Virus record (IMG/VR): IMGVR_UViG_3300031746_000001
Length of the DNA stretch: 64,000 bases
From: a virus
Reading direction: 5' to 3' (one strand)
Under the pieces are notes generated by a model. That model was not told the DNA's origin. It did no database searches and was given only the letters and a program-made list of their open reading frames with translations. Positions within the stretch are counted from its first letter, which is position 1. Each line of letters starts with the position of its first letter. Position numbers and translations under genes: made by a program. Below are positions 51,465 to 61,666 of the stretch, one piece after another.

Positions 51465-52391
51465 CTACAGGGGAATGAGAGGGACTAAAGCGTCATAAAC
51501 TATATCTACAGTGAGCGACGCCATGCAGGGCCTGCTCGGGCATTGAAACGCATCGAGATAATACCCTTCGGGCCGACAGCAGTGCAAATTGTCACAGCTC
51601 CCCGGGATCCACAGGTTCGTATTCATGGCGTGGCCGGAGATGTGGGGGTTGCTTCTTCCGAAGAGAACGACCCCCGGTTTCCCGACGGCGGGCCCTCCGT
51701 GCCCGATGAAGGATTCGACCGTGACGTAGGACGAGCAGAAGCGAAGGATCGAAAGGGTCTGCCGGATCTTGAGGCCCCCGCAAAGGTTGGCGGTTACCCC
51801 GGGCACACAGGTCTCCCCGTTGCCCCCAATTTGGAGGACGGCGACACCCGCCTCCCGGAGCCGTTTTGTGAGGGCTACCCAGCGATCGTGGAACCAGTCC
51901 TTGTTGGGCGTCCCCTTCTTCCCGGTGAGAGGAATGTTAGCGGCCGCACTGTTGATCAGGACGACCTTCTCGCCAAAACCCTTCATAAAATTCATGCCCC
52001 AAGTGAGCTCGGACGGGCGGAGGAAAACCTCAAGTTCGTCATTGTCCCAGGGAAGCCCGCAGATCTCCGACCAAGCCTTAGATTGGAGCCCGTCGTAGAC
52101 ATGATTCCAGCGCCGGGTGTAGAGGTCGGCCCGGATGGTTTTTCGGGAATCTTTCTGTGGGATTACCCAGTCCTCATAGAACTCCCGAGCATCCTCCGCA
52201 GAGATGTGAAAGAGCTTGTCGATGTTCGGATTGCCCTGAAGGGCTTCCCAGTAGCATGCCGAGACGATGATGTGGTGATCCGGGTAGGCCTTCTTGGTCG
52301 CCCGGAGCATCGGGGTGACGCAGATGTGATCCCCGATGCCCCCGTCGATTACGAGGGTGAACCAGTTAGATGGCCGGGGGGTTTGTTCCAT
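51465..52391 (-). CDS. GT9 (heptosyltransferase-like) glycosyltransferase
   Basis: GGIGD...TP, NPNID, KDW..., VES..H, VVLFG, PCM. Confidence 0.85.
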   Translation of the reverse strand: MEQTPRPSNWFTLVIDGGIGDHICVTPMLRATKKAYPDHHIIVSACYWEALQGNPNIDKLFHISAEDAREFYEDWVIPQKDSRKTIRADLYTRRWNHVYDGLQSKAWSEICGLPWDNDELEVFLRPSELTWGMNFMKGFGEKVVLINSAAANIPLTGKKGTPNKDWFHDRWVALTKRLREAGVAVLQIGGNGETCVPGVTANLCGGLKIRQTLSILRFCSSYVTVESFIGHGGPAVGKPGVVLFGRSNPHISGHAMNTNLWIPGSCDNLHCCRPEGYYLDAFQCPSRPCMASLTVDIVYDALVPLIPL

Positions 52392-52506
52392 CGAGCTCCC
52401 TTTTCTCGAACTCGGAAAGTATAGCACGACATTTCGGACACAACTCCAAACTCATATTTGAGGAGTCTGCGTCACAGAGATTACAGAGCCGGGGGGTTCG
52501 TTCCAT
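52366..52506 (-). CDS. 46-aa CxxC...CxxC peptide inside a direct repeat
   Basis: MERTPRLCNLC...CPKC...ELDGTNPPAI*; flanked by about 30-bp imperfect direct repeats. Confidence 0.5.
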   Translation of the reverse strand: MERTPRLCNLCDADSSNMSLELCPKCRAILSEFEKRELDGTNPPAI

Positions 52507-53374
52507 CGAGCTCTGCCATCCTGCGGTCGAATAACTGTTGGTCGGCAATCCAGTAGCTCTCGGGGTTAGGGACGCCTTTGGTCACCCGGATGCCGCCCTC
52601 GAGGGAAGCATAATGCCAGGCGATCGCCCGGGGCTGGACCAGGAGGGTATAGCCCTTCTTGAACATGTGGTAGGTGAGATCGGTCTCCCAGCGGTGGCCT
52701 GCGGGGGAATAATCGAGGCATATCCCTCCGGAGGCATCCACGGCGGATCCCGAGACGAGGAAGCAGGAGTTAATGTGCTCGGCCTCCTTGAGATTGACGT
52801 CCGGGGAGAGGATCTGGTGGAGAAGAGGGGTTAAGGGCCTTATCTTCCCCTGAAAGAGGTTCACGGACGCCCAGTTATTCGGGGCAGTCTGGCTCTCGAT
52901 GGTCATCCGGGGTAAGAGATAGACCCCTCCCACGCCCCCCAGCATCTTCCCTGGACCCAGGATTTGCTCGCACTGCACAAAAGGAACGACCATCCACTGA
53001 AGGTAATTCGGAAAGAGCACGAAGTCGTCGTCGATGTTGGCCACGAGCTCATGGCGTCGGTTAACGAACCCCGCATAGAAGGCGGCATGGGGCCCCCTCT
53101 TCGGCCCCCAGATCACCCGCCAGTTATGCCCCTGGTGGTTGAGCTGATCGAGAATATTGCATGTCGGGAAGGCCTCGCTGATCGGCCTTGCCCCTTCGGT
53201 GTCGTCCACGACGGTCAAATCCCAGTTCCCGTAGTTCTGAGCGAGCAGGGAGGACAAAAGCATGCACAGGTTGGTGTACCGCTCCTTCGTGGTGACCACG
53301 ACTTCGATCCGGTAGCGGGCTTCGTAGGTGTCGAACAGCGGGTTGAACTCGGTTATCAGATAATCAGGTAGCAT
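52481..53374 (-). CDS. GT2 family glycosyltransferase
   Basis: VVDD, IDDD, ETDL, WHY...GGIR. Confidence 0.8.
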   Translation of the reverse strand: MLPDYLITEFNPLFDTYEARYRIEVVVTTKERYTNLCMLLSSLLAQNYGNWDLTVVDDTEGARPISEAFPTCNILDQLNHQGHNWRVIWGPKRGPHAAFYAGFVNRRHELVANIDDDFVLFPNYLQWMVVPFVQCEQILGPGKMLGGVGGVYLLPRMTIESQTAPNNWASVNLFQGKIRPLTPLLHQILSPDVNLKEAEHINSCFLVSGSAVDASGGICLDYSPAGHRWETDLTYHMFKKGYTLLVQPRAIAWHYASLEGGIRVTKGVPNPESYWIADQQLFDRRMAELDGTNPPAL

Positions 53375-54476
53375 AGTGATGCCCTAAAATGATCTTGGCT
53401 ACGATCCTTGAAACAGACCCGTTCTCGTATTCCGGTGGAACTCTCCACCAGTCCTCCCGTTCTCCCGTCGTTCCAGAAAAGACGGTCTCCACGGCTTCCA
53501 GAATAGCTTCCGGATCGTCCTTCGATAGAATGTTGCTCCCGCACTCGAGGGTCTCCGGGCGTTCTGTCGTATCCCGGACCGTGACGGCGGGAACCTTGAA
53601 AATGGTTGCCTCCTCCTGGACCGTCCCGCTGTCGGTCAAGATACAGCAGGCGTTCTGCTCGAGCCTCACGAAGTCGAAGAAGCCAAAGGGCTCACGGAAG
53701 GCAACCCACTTACTGATATCCAGCTCGTCGGCCTGATTCAGCTTCTCCTTCGTCCGGGGATGCAGGCTAACAACAACAGGCATCGAATAATGATCCCCCA
53801 CGAGGGACAGACCCTGGATGATGTTCTTCAGACGGTCCGGGACGTCTACGTTCTCCTGCCGATGGAAGGTTGCCAGAAAATACTGCCCGGACTGCAGGGG
53901 AGGCGGCCCGACAGAAAATAAAACATCAGATTGCCTTATCTGTTCTCCCCAGCGGCAGATGACCTCGTAGATCGGATTCCCCGTGACGTAAATACGGTTG
54001 GGCGGGATCCCCTCCCGCAAGAGGTTCTCCTTGCTCCGCTGGGTGTAGGGCATCAAGATGTCGCTGGCGTGGTCGATCACCTTCCGGTTAACCTCCTCCG
54101 GCACCCGATCATCGTAACACCTATTCCCCGCTTCCATGTGGTAGACCGGGATCCCCATTCTCTTGGCCACGATCGCCGCCAGCCCGCTGTCGGTATCCCC
54201 CAGAATAAGAACCCGGTCCGGCCTCTCCTTCCGAAAGAGATCTCCCACCTTCACAAAAATGTCGGCAACCCGATTTTCGAAGTTCTCCCCTGTGATCATG
54301 AGGCGCCGGAGAATGTTCTTGATTTCGAGCTCCTCAAAGAACACCTCGGAGAGGCAGGGATCGCTGTTCTGCCCGGTGTGGACGACGATCTGATCACATA
54401 GGGAATCGAGCCCCCGGATTACGTTGGAAAGCCTGATAATTTCCGGGCGGGTCCCGAACAGGGTTGCGATCTTCAT
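53364..54476 (-). CDS. UDP-N-acetylhexosamine 2-epimerase (FnlC/WbjD-like)
   Basis: GTRPEIIRLS, HTGQN, LGDT, HMEAGNRC, PEEVNR, TDSGTVQEE, TERPE. Confidence 0.93.
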   Translation of the reverse strand: MKIATLFGTRPEIIRLSNVIRGLDSLCDQIVVHTGQNSDPCLSEVFFEELEIKNILRRLMITGENFENRVADIFVKVGDLFRKERPDRVLILGDTDSGLAAIVAKRMGIPVYHMEAGNRCYDDRVPEEVNRKVIDHASDILMPYTQRSKENLLREGIPPNRIYVTGNPIYEVICRWGEQIRQSDVLFSVGPPPLQSGQYFLATFHRQENVDVPDRLKNIIQGLSLVGDHYSMPVVVSLHPRTKEKLNQADELDISKWVAFREPFGFFDFVRLEQNACCILTDSGTVQEEATIFKVPAVTVRDTTERPETLECGSNILSKDDPEAILEAVETVFSGTTGEREDWWRVPPEYENGSVSRIVAKIILGHHYAT

Positions 54477-55555
54477 CGCATAGCGTCCATCGAATCCGGC
54501 TTGTAGTCATCGACCATCAATCCCTTCGCCTGCAGGAACTCTTCGACCTCCGAGAATTTTAAGCATCCATGCTCGGAACTATATTCCCCCCTAACGCCAC
54601 GAGCAGGTTTCACGTCCCCAGGAAGTCCAGATCGAATCTCCGAAAGGATCGGAAGGATGACATAATAATTCCCCTTCTGATAGGTCCGGTAATCCTCCTC
54701 TTCGCTGATCAGAATTTCGTGGGTCTTCTCCCCCGGCCTGATTCCCGTAAACAGAAGTTCGATGGGTCTCTTACCCCTCAAAGCACAGGCGATATCGACA
54801 ACCTTTGCCGAGGGAACGACCGGCACGTAGGTTTCCCCCGCATCACCCTCCTTGAGAGCGGCAAAAATGGCGTCCACGGCCTCATCGAGGGAGAGCAGGA
54901 ACCTCGTCATATCCTTCGTGGTAACCGTGACGGGACCGCCTCGCTGGATTTGATCATAGAAAAGAGGTATCACAGATCCCCGGGAAGCCAGCACGTTCCC
55001 GTAACGGACGACGACGAACCGGGTCGGGCAGTGGATGTTCGCTTCGATAAAGATACGCTCCTGGATGGCTTTGGTCATCCCCATGACGTTCACAGGCTTC
55101 ACGGCCTTGTCGGTAGATATCCCCACGACCGTCTGCACCCGGGGATGCGCCTCGACCGCACGAACGATATTTGCCACCCCGAGAATGTTAGTCTTCACGG
55201 CCTCGAGGGGAAAGTACTCGCAGGTCGGGACTTGCTTCAGGGCGGCGGCATTGAACACCACATCCACGTCCTCCAACACCCGAAAGACGCTATCGTAGTC
55301 CCGCACGTCCCCGATCACGAACTTCAGCTTGTTCTGGAAGTCATCGTAAATCCTCTCGTCGGTCACCGCAACGGTCGATCGTTGCCACTCCATTCTCATG
55401 AAGTGTTGCTTGGCCTCATCCCGAGAGAACACGACTACCTCATTGGGAATACCCATCTCCCCGGCGAAAATCCTCCGGACCAGCACCTTACCCAAAGAGC
55501 CGGTCCCTCCGGTCACCAGGACCCGGGCGCCTTCCAACGGTTTCGCTCGCATCAT
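54473..55555 (-). CDS. UDP-GlcNAc 4,6-dehydratase (FnlA/CapE/WbjB-like)
   Basis: TGGTGSLG, SRDEAKQ, AALKQVPTCE, STDKA, MGMTKA, RYGNVLASRGSV, IRPGEK. Confidence 0.93.
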   Translation of the reverse strand: MMRAKPLEGARVLVTGGTGSLGKVLVRRIFAGEMGIPNEVVVFSRDEAKQHFMRMEWQRSTVAVTDERIYDDFQNKLKFVIGDVRDYDSVFRVLEDVDVVFNAAALKQVPTCEYFPLEAVKTNILGVANIVRAVEAHPRVQTVVGISTDKAVKPVNVMGMTKAIQERIFIEANIHCPTRFVVVRYGNVLASRGSVIPLFYDQIQRGGPVTVTTKDMTRFLLSLDEAVDAIFAALKEGDAGETYVPVVPSAKVVDIACALRGKRPIELLFTGIRPGEKTHEILISEEEDYRTYQKGNYYVILPILSEIRSGLPGDVKPARGVRGEYSSEHGCLKFSEVEEFLQAKGLMVDDYKPDSMDAMR

Positions 55556-56055
55556 CGCTTTATAACCACTCCAATAAGGTGGATCGGAGGATGCTTGGTC
55601 GGCATCCGGTCGTAGATCAGCCCATCCTCAGTCTGGTAGAAGAACTGCGTCCCCTCCGGAATCAGCGCCCCCTCCGGGATATAGTTTGCCGAGAAGATAA
55701 ATATCCTCCTCGCCATCTCCACCAGAACGGGGAGATTGAACTTCTCGTCCTTGAAGGCTTCAAAAGAAACCACCGCATCGACCTTGAGCTCTTTGCTTAA
55801 AGCGGGTTTCCATAAAAAGATGGCCCGGCTCGACTCCGTAAAGTGCTCGTTGGCATAGTTAACGACATGGGGGTTCTCGTCGACCCCAAGAGTGTGGAGG
55901 CCCGCCTTAGCCAAGACGTCCGTCCCTAAACCGTCCCCGCATTCCGAGTCCAAGACGAATCCCGTGACCTCGTAGTCGGACAGAATCTCGGCGGCGAAGT
56001 AGTACCGGACCAGCTTCAGGTAAATCGCGGACAGGTGAATGTTATTCATCACCAA
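55552..56055 (-). CDS. degenerate SAM methyltransferase-like protein
   Basis: RYYFA...LDSECGDGLG; paralog of the N-terminal half of 57114-58205. Confidence 0.6.
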   Translation of the reverse strand: MVMNNIHLSAIYLKLVRYYFAAEILSDYEVTGFVLDSECGDGLGTDVLAKAGLHTLGVDENPHVVNYANEHFTESSRAIFLWKPALSKELKVDAVVSFEAFKDEKFNLPVLVEMARRIFIFSANYIPEGALIPEGTQFFYQTEDGLIYDRMPTKHPPIHLIGVVIKR

Positions 56056-56956
56056 GCATCCTCATCCCCGGGCGGTTAGATTCCAGAATACGCTTATTTC
56101 TCTCGGCGCATTCCCACCACTCCGTTCGTTCCTCTATGGGCTTGTCCTTCCAGCAGGCCCGGCCCACAGACAAACTGAGATAGTGCAGGTCGTCCATCGG
56201 AGTCCGGAGATACTCCTCCTGGTCCGGGCCGGGCACGAGATCCTCCGGAAACCGCTCATCCGGGACCCGCTCCAACATCAGGCTGGACTCGTCGATGATC
56301 CGGGCATACATGCCGATCCGCTTCCCGTCGAGATGGGCGTAATGCAGGAAGCGTTCCCTCAATCTGTAAAGGTCGGCATAGGCGTAGTGCAGAAACGTGA
56401 TGTCGTCATGGGGCACGATCGTCCAGTACCGGAAAACCTGCGGAGGAGCGGGCGGGGCATGCATCTGCTTATCCTCGATCACGTCAAACTTCAGGCCCTC
56501 GTTCTTCCACAACCGATAGAACTGATCCTCGCAGGCCCACATGGAATCGACCCGACGCCAGCGGGGCTTCCGCCAGAGATTATAAGACGTAAAGACCAGG
56601 GAGCTGAAGTTCTGCTTGTCCATCGTGGGAAGCCAGTAATCCCGCAGACGTTGTCCGGCCCCCCGGCTAAGGATGTCGTCGCAGTCCATGAAAAGGATAT
56701 ACTCGGCGCCAACCTCGTTCACCCGGTCCAGAAGGAATACCGTGTTCTCCTTCTCCCTGTTCCTGCCGTACCTCTGCTCCCGCACCCAGACGTGGGGCGT
56801 GAACTTCCGGGCATACTCCGCTGTCCCGTCGTCCGAGTGATCATCAAGGACAAAGAGCTCGTCCGCTCCCCACTCCTGCCAGTGGGCGAAGAACCGTTGG
56901 GCATGCCCCGTGATCATCTCGTTATAAACACGCACGATAGCGGCCATCTTCATCAT
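56042..56956 (-). CDS. GT2-like glycosyltransferase
   Basis: VLDDHSDDGT, MDCDD, LHY; paralog of the C-terminal half of 58088-59869. Confidence 0.8.
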   Translation of the reverse strand: MMKMAAIVRVYNEMITGHAQRFFAHWQEWGADELFVLDDHSDDGTAEYARKFTPHVWVREQRYGRNREKENTVFLLDRVNEVGAEYILFMDCDDILSRGAGQRLRDYWLPTMDKQNFSSLVFTSYNLWRKPRWRRVDSMWACEDQFYRLWKNEGLKFDVIEDKQMHAPPAPPQVFRYWTIVPHDDITFLHYAYADLYRLRERFLHYAHLDGKRIGMYARIIDESSLMLERVPDERFPEDLVPGPDQEEYLRTPMDDLHYLSLSVGRACWKDKPIEERTEWWECAERNKRILESNRPGMRMLGDE

Positions 56957-57113
56957 GGCTTAATTCTCCTCACCGCATTGCGTGATACGCATTCCCTCTG
57001 TCCATTCTCAAACTCAATCAGGATGCTATTCATTTTCCCCCTCGCTACGATTCGACACTTACGCCCATAGAGTTCCCTCCTCTTGGGATTATTTTTCCAT
57101 GCGTAGTAATGGG

Positions 57114-58205
57114 TCACGGCTTGACCCCCTCCACGTGGAAACTCTCGCAGTCGTATGGCGGCCCGATTTCATCCTTCAGGCCCCGGCGTTTCCGCTCGAG
57201 GCAGAAGTCCGGATTGGTCCCCTCCCCGATATCGAACACCTTAGCCTCGAACCCACACCTCCGAAGAGCATGGAGAATGAGCGGGACGTTCCAAACAAAC
57301 CTGTGTCCATGTTCCCGCACCAGCTCGTTCACTAGAAAGACGGAAAACGTGTAGCGGGATTGGAGCTGTTCGGGAATGGCATACTTATCAATCAACGTCT
57401 TGACATATTCCTCATCCCGATCGTCGATGCACTCGCCGTCCTCATCTGTAGCCATGAAATTGAACAGCTTATCGAGATCCGGGGTCACGATCCGGAGAAC
57501 GCCTCCCGGCTTCAAGACCCGGTAAGCCTCCCCGAAGAACTTGAGGGCACCCCCGAAGCCCACGTGCTCGAGGACATGCTCCATGAACAGGCACTCCACG
57601 CTACCATCCGCAAACTGCAGGGGCTTCGTGATATCCTGATCGGCCTCCTTCAGTATCTTCCATCCAGGCGCCTGGGCCCAGTGACCGCCAAGGATGACAC
57701 GGAGGGGCCCCTCCTTCTGTTCCTTCACCACGAGCCCGATAAGATGGGTAGCCGGAAGGAAGTGCGTATCACGATCATAGATAAAGCCCTCGGATGTCTG
57801 GTTGAAAAAGGTCGTATTCGGGGGCAAGACGCTCCGGTCAAACTCCTCCCCGATTTCAATAGAGAACATAAATACTTTAGCGGCACTCTCGACTAAATTC
57901 TTCGCATACTCACCCCAGTCGTGCGTTCTCTTGAAGGTATCAAGACAGACGATGGCGTCCGGAAACCCTAGAGCCGGGGGGTTCAGGATAGGCGAAACCT
58001 CAAACCCCATGTCCGAGAACACTTTCATCCCCTCTATGACGTCCGGCCCGGCGCCGGAGACAAAGACGGTCAGGATGCTGTAATCTCTTAGGGCGTACCC
58101 ACAGAAGTAATATCGGGCAAGCCTGCCAATTTTATCTGCTGGGTTTCCTGATATACGTTCTGCAGAAAATCGGCTTCCACCAACGGCCTCATTGTCCACG
58201 CACAC
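57114..58205 (-). CDS. two-domain SAM methyltransferase
   Basis: DI..PLQF.DGSV....EHVLEH, RVLKPGG.LRI.TPD; start uncertain. Confidence 0.75.
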   Translation of the reverse strand: MCVDNEAVGGSRFSAERISGNPADKIGRLARYYFCGYALRDYSILTVFVSGAGPDVIEGMKVFSDMGFEVSPILNPPALGFPDAIVCLDTFKRTHDWGEYAKNLVESAAKVFMFSIEIGEEFDRSVLPPNTTFFNQTSEGFIYDRDTHFLPATHLIGLVVKEQKEGPLRVILGGHWAQAPGWKILKEADQDITKPLQFADGSVECLFMEHVLEHVGFGGALKFFGEAYRVLKPGGVLRIVTPDLDKLFNFMATDEDGECIDDRDEEYVKTLIDKYAIPEQLQSRYTFSVFLVNELVREHGHRFVWNVPLILHALRRCGFEAKVFDIGEGTNPDFCLERKRRGLKDEIGPPYDCESFHVEGVKP

Positions 58206-59869
58206 CTCCCCATAACTTCGGCGATCCGATGAAGGTCATTCTCCATCCACCGGGGATAATCCTCATCCTCCGGCTTCGGGATTAGGGCCTCGGGAAAAAT
58301 CTCGTCCGGCAACCTCTGCAAAAGCAAGTTCGTCTCATCCAGCATCCTCGTGTAGAGAAAGAGGCGCCGGGAATCGAGTCGGGTATACTCCTCCCACTTG
58401 GTATCAAGGTTCTCCTTCGATGCGTAGCCGTAGTGAAGGACAGCAACCTCCTCCGTCCGGAAGGAATTCCGGTCAAGGCACCGAGGCCACAGCTGAAGAT
58501 GGGCTCCAACGGCGTTCCCCTGTTCGAAAAACATGATGCCGTCATTCCTCCACAGCCTCGCCCATCCCATGCTACACGACCAACCCATGTCCCGTCGACG
58601 CCAGCGGGGCGTCTTCCAGAGATTGTATTCGGGAAAGTAGATCGACGACCAGTCCTGCTTGTCGCCCTCCTCCATTAGCCGCCCCATGATCTCCCCGGCA
58701 TTCCGAGTTAAAACCTCGTCGATGTCCATCCAAAGCATCCACTGGGCTCCGACCTCTTTGCACCGGTCAACCAGGAACATCATATTTTCTATCTCGTAGT
58801 GCTTCCCCCGGTTCCGATCCCTCACCCAGACATACGAAGTATGCTTCCGGACGGCCGCTACCGTCCCGTCCGTGGAGCAGTCGTCGAGAACAAAGAGAGC
58901 ATCGAGGCCCCAGGTCTTGGCCTGATCGAAGAACTTGTCGAAGTAGTCCCGCCCGACCTCGTTATACGTCCGAACGAATCCCACGAGGCGTTTTGGGGTT
59001 TTCAAGATATTAAGGCGGTAGCGGCGATCCTCAAAGTGCTGGCGTTGCGGATCGGCAGGAACACTGGGAACGCAAGACCACTCGTCCACGATCACGTCGG
59101 GATCTCCCCAGACCCGACCGACGTTGGCAACGGTCTTGAACTCGCTTAGGAAGCGGGTCTGGTTCTTGAGGCAGTAGAAGTCTGATCCAAGATCGACCCG
59201 GGGATGATACTGGTGAAGTCCTATCATGTCGTCGGCGTGGAAGAGCTCTACCCCGGAAGCCATCATCCGACGACCACATTCGGTGTCCTCCCAGGCCAGA
59301 CCCTGCATGTAGTCCTCGTCAATCCCTCCGATCTTCTCCATGAGGGATTTCGGGATGACCCCGATGAAGTAGAGTCCGGCCATATCCGGGCGCTCGGTGG
59401 AGCAGGTGAGGTTGATCAGCCCCGACGAGCTGAAGGTGTGGAGCTCATCCATCAGAAGCTGGGTCCAGGGAGGGACGTCTACGACCCGAGCCCGCACGAC
59501 CCGACCCTCCTTGCCTAATTCATCGGCCTGCCATAAAGTCTCGGTAACGTGGATGACCTCCGGGCTTGTCAGCATGAGAAGGTCGCCCCGGGCCCTGCGG
59601 ATCCCGACGTTCCAAGCTAGCGCAGGATTGCACGTCCCAGTGGGACCGTGGTAGACGGGGATCTTGGCCTTCGAGTCGTCGATCCGAAGGTAGGTGAGGT
59701 TCAGAACGCCGGAGAGGGATTGCAGATATTCCTTGAGGCCGTCCGAGGACCCGTAGTCCACAAAGATGACCTCGTAATTCTCTCGGGGATAATCCTGAGT
59801 GTAGATCGAGGGGAACGCCCGCTTGAGGAGATCTAAACGGTTGAGAATCGGAATCACGATCGAGATCAC
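58088..59869 (-). CDS. tandem GT2-GT2 glycosyltransferase
   Basis: ISIVIP, VDYGSSDG, WED; second domain LDDCSTDGT, MDIDE, LHYGY. Confidence 0.88.
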   Translation of the reverse strand: MISIVIPILNRLDLLKRAFPSIYTQDYPRENYEVIFVDYGSSDGLKEYLQSLSGVLNLTYLRIDDSKAKIPVYHGPTGTCNPALAWNVGIRRARGDLLMLTSPEVIHVTETLWQADELGKEGRVVRARVVDVPPWTQLLMDELHTFSSSGLINLTCSTERPDMAGLYFIGVIPKSLMEKIGGIDEDYMQGLAWEDTECGRRMMASGVELFHADDMIGLHQYHPRVDLGSDFYCLKNQTRFLSEFKTVANVGRVWGDPDVIVDEWSCVPSVPADPQRQHFEDRRYRLNILKTPKRLVGFVRTYNEVGRDYFDKFFDQAKTWGLDALFVLDDCSTDGTVAAVRKHTSYVWVRDRNRGKHYEIENMMFLVDRCKEVGAQWMLWMDIDEVLTRNAGEIMGRLMEEGDKQDWSSIYFPEYNLWKTPRWRRRDMGWSCSMGWARLWRNDGIMFFEQGNAVGAHLQLWPRCLDRNSFRTEEVAVLHYGYASKENLDTKWEEYTRLDSRRLFLYTRMLDETNLLLQRLPDEIFPEALIPKPEDEDYPRWMENDLHRIAEVMGRCAWTMRPLVEADFLQNVYQETQQIKLAGLPDITSVGTP

Positions 59870-60177
59870 TTCGGAACCTCCGTCCCTTTCAATGTATTCT
59901 CATCGAGCTGTCGCCCACGATCATCGAAGTAGATATCGGCATGGAGCTTCCCGCAGACGAGGACGGCATCCTTCAGGCCGTTCTTCTCCATCCACGCACG
60001 GATATCCACATACTCCCACCAACCCCGGGCCGTGAAAATAAAGACTAGGTTACCTTCCTGCATCCATCGGATTGCTAAATCTATGTTCGGGTGAATGACC
60101 TCTCCGATCTCTCCCCCCTCTTTGTCGGGGTTCACCTTTGCGAGCGTTCCGTCGAGGTCAAAGGCTATCTTCTTCAC
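59866..60177 (-). CDS. small HAD-superfamily phosphatase-like protein
   Basis: FDLDGTL, FTARG, K..ADIYFDDR. Confidence 0.85.
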   Translation of the reverse strand: MKKIAFDLDGTLAKVNPDKEGGEIGEVIHPNIDLAIRWMQEGNLVFIFTARGWWEYVDIRAWMEKNGLKDAVLVCGKLHADIYFDDRGRQLDENTLKGTEVPK

Positions 60178-61631
60178 TTGGCTTCACCTCCCTTCAAGAT
60201 CGACATCAGGGCGTCGTAGACTTGCTCGACGGAAACCCCGTCGAGGCAGGCCCTGTGGTTGCAAATCTTGTCCTCCATATAGCAGGGCTGACACTTGACT
60301 CCCTGGAAGATATTTACATTCTGGTCGTAGCCGGAGCTTTTCGGGCACGTGCTTCCGAAAATCACAACCGCCCGGGTCTTCATGGCCTGCGACAAGTGAT
60401 TGGTCACGGAGTCCCCGCAGATCAACGCCTGGGCCCGCTCAATGAGGACAGCCAGACCCTTGAGATTCGTCATCCCAGCGGCACAGGTGAAATTGTTGCT
60501 CTCCTTCAGGACCGGCTCCTCCTTCTGATCCCCGACCTGGATGATCTTGTAGCCCTCCGATATCAGCCGCTGGCAAAGACGTCCCCACAGCCGTGGCGGC
60601 CAGGCTTTATTGATCGTGAAGCCGGGGTAAGGGTGAACGACGATATAGGGCATGCCGACCTTGCCGACGATCTCTCCCATCGTCTTCCAAACGTTCGGGT
60701 CGACGGGGTAGGAGATATCCCGGCTCGGCGGGACCCCGGCCTGTTCGCAGAACCACTCTGTCAGATGCTTCGTGTCCTGGACCTTCCGATCGGGATACCG
60801 GAAGTAGATATCCGTGTCCGGCCACTGGGCGAAGCCCTTCTCCCCCGGATGCGTCCCGGGCGGGTTGGCGTAGCGGACAACATCGATGTCCGGGTGGTCT
60901 GCAATCAAGGGGAGCCACTTGGGGTCGGTGAGGTAAATGAGGACGTCGTGCTTCTTCTTGAGCAGGGATACAGCGGGGAGGGTCATGAGCATGTCCCCCA
61001 ACATCCCAAGCCTCTGAACCTGGACGGTATCGACCTTCGTCCGCAAGTCCTTGAGCCGACCCAGGAGCACGGGATCCTCCGGCAGGTAGTTCAAATTACT
61101 CACGGTCGTGATCAACCGCTCCCTATCGGATTGAAAGTCGACCTTCCGGGCCACGAGGTCAAAGGCGTACTCGTCATTCTCGTTGTGGGATTCAACGTGC
61201 ATAAACATCATGCCATCTAGAAGAGCTAACGGTCGAAGAACATCTTCCGGCAGAAAGTCGTAGCGGTGGTTTGGATTGGATCCCGGCATACCGATATTGG
61301 GATAGAAGTTCTTGTGCGGCAGATAAAGAACGAGATACCCTCCCGGCCTCACGAGCCGACACCACTCCCGAAGGGTCGCCACCTTGTCGACCTGGTCCTC
61401 CAGAGCATGAGAGGAGAATACATAGTCAAATGCGCCATCGGCAAAAATAGGAAGGGAAGTGATGTCTCCGGCGACATTCACTTCCTTCCCCGCACGATCC
61501 ACGCCGATAGCTCCCGGAACTACCTTCTCGTCCCCACACCCTAAATCAACTCCTGTCCCCTTACAGAATTGTTCCAGGCGAGCACGACACTTACGAGACT
61601 CAAACCCCTTGGATGTTTCTTCTGACCACAT
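60174..61631 (-). CDS. methyltransferase-GT9 fusion protein
   Basis: VDLGCG...SSHALE...RPGG; then LGD...LP, KAWP, GDS..H, IFG.T, CQPC. Confidence 0.88.
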   Translation of the reverse strand: MWSEETSKGFESRKCRARLEQFCKGTGVDLGCGDEKVVPGAIGVDRAGKEVNVAGDITSLPIFADGAFDYVFSSHALEDQVDKVATLREWCRLVRPGGYLVLYLPHKNFYPNIGMPGSNPNHRYDFLPEDVLRPLALLDGMMFMHVESHNENDEYAFDLVARKVDFQSDRERLITTVSNLNYLPEDPVLLGRLKDLRTKVDTVQVQRLGMLGDMLMTLPAVSLLKKKHDVLIYLTDPKWLPLIADHPDIDVVRYANPPGTHPGEKGFAQWPDTDIYFRYPDRKVQDTKHLTEWFCEQAGVPPSRDISYPVDPNVWKTMGEIVGKVGMPYIVVHPYPGFTINKAWPPRLWGRLCQRLISEGYKIIQVGDQKEEPVLKESNNFTCAAGMTNLKGLAVLIERAQALICGDSVTNHLSQAMKTRAVVIFGSTCPKSSGYDQNVNIFQGVKCQPCYMEDKICNHRACLDGVSVEQVYDALMSILKGGEAK

Positions 61632-61666
61632 GAATTAAAGGTTCTCCTTCTGCATATTGGCTAAAC

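Noticed and set aside
49052-61220. Long plus-strand ORFs (49052-50104, 51543-52424, 54569-55615, 56039-57070, 60138-61220)
   Set aside because: Antisense shadows of GC-rich minus-strand genes that have clear motifs; they have no motifs of their own.
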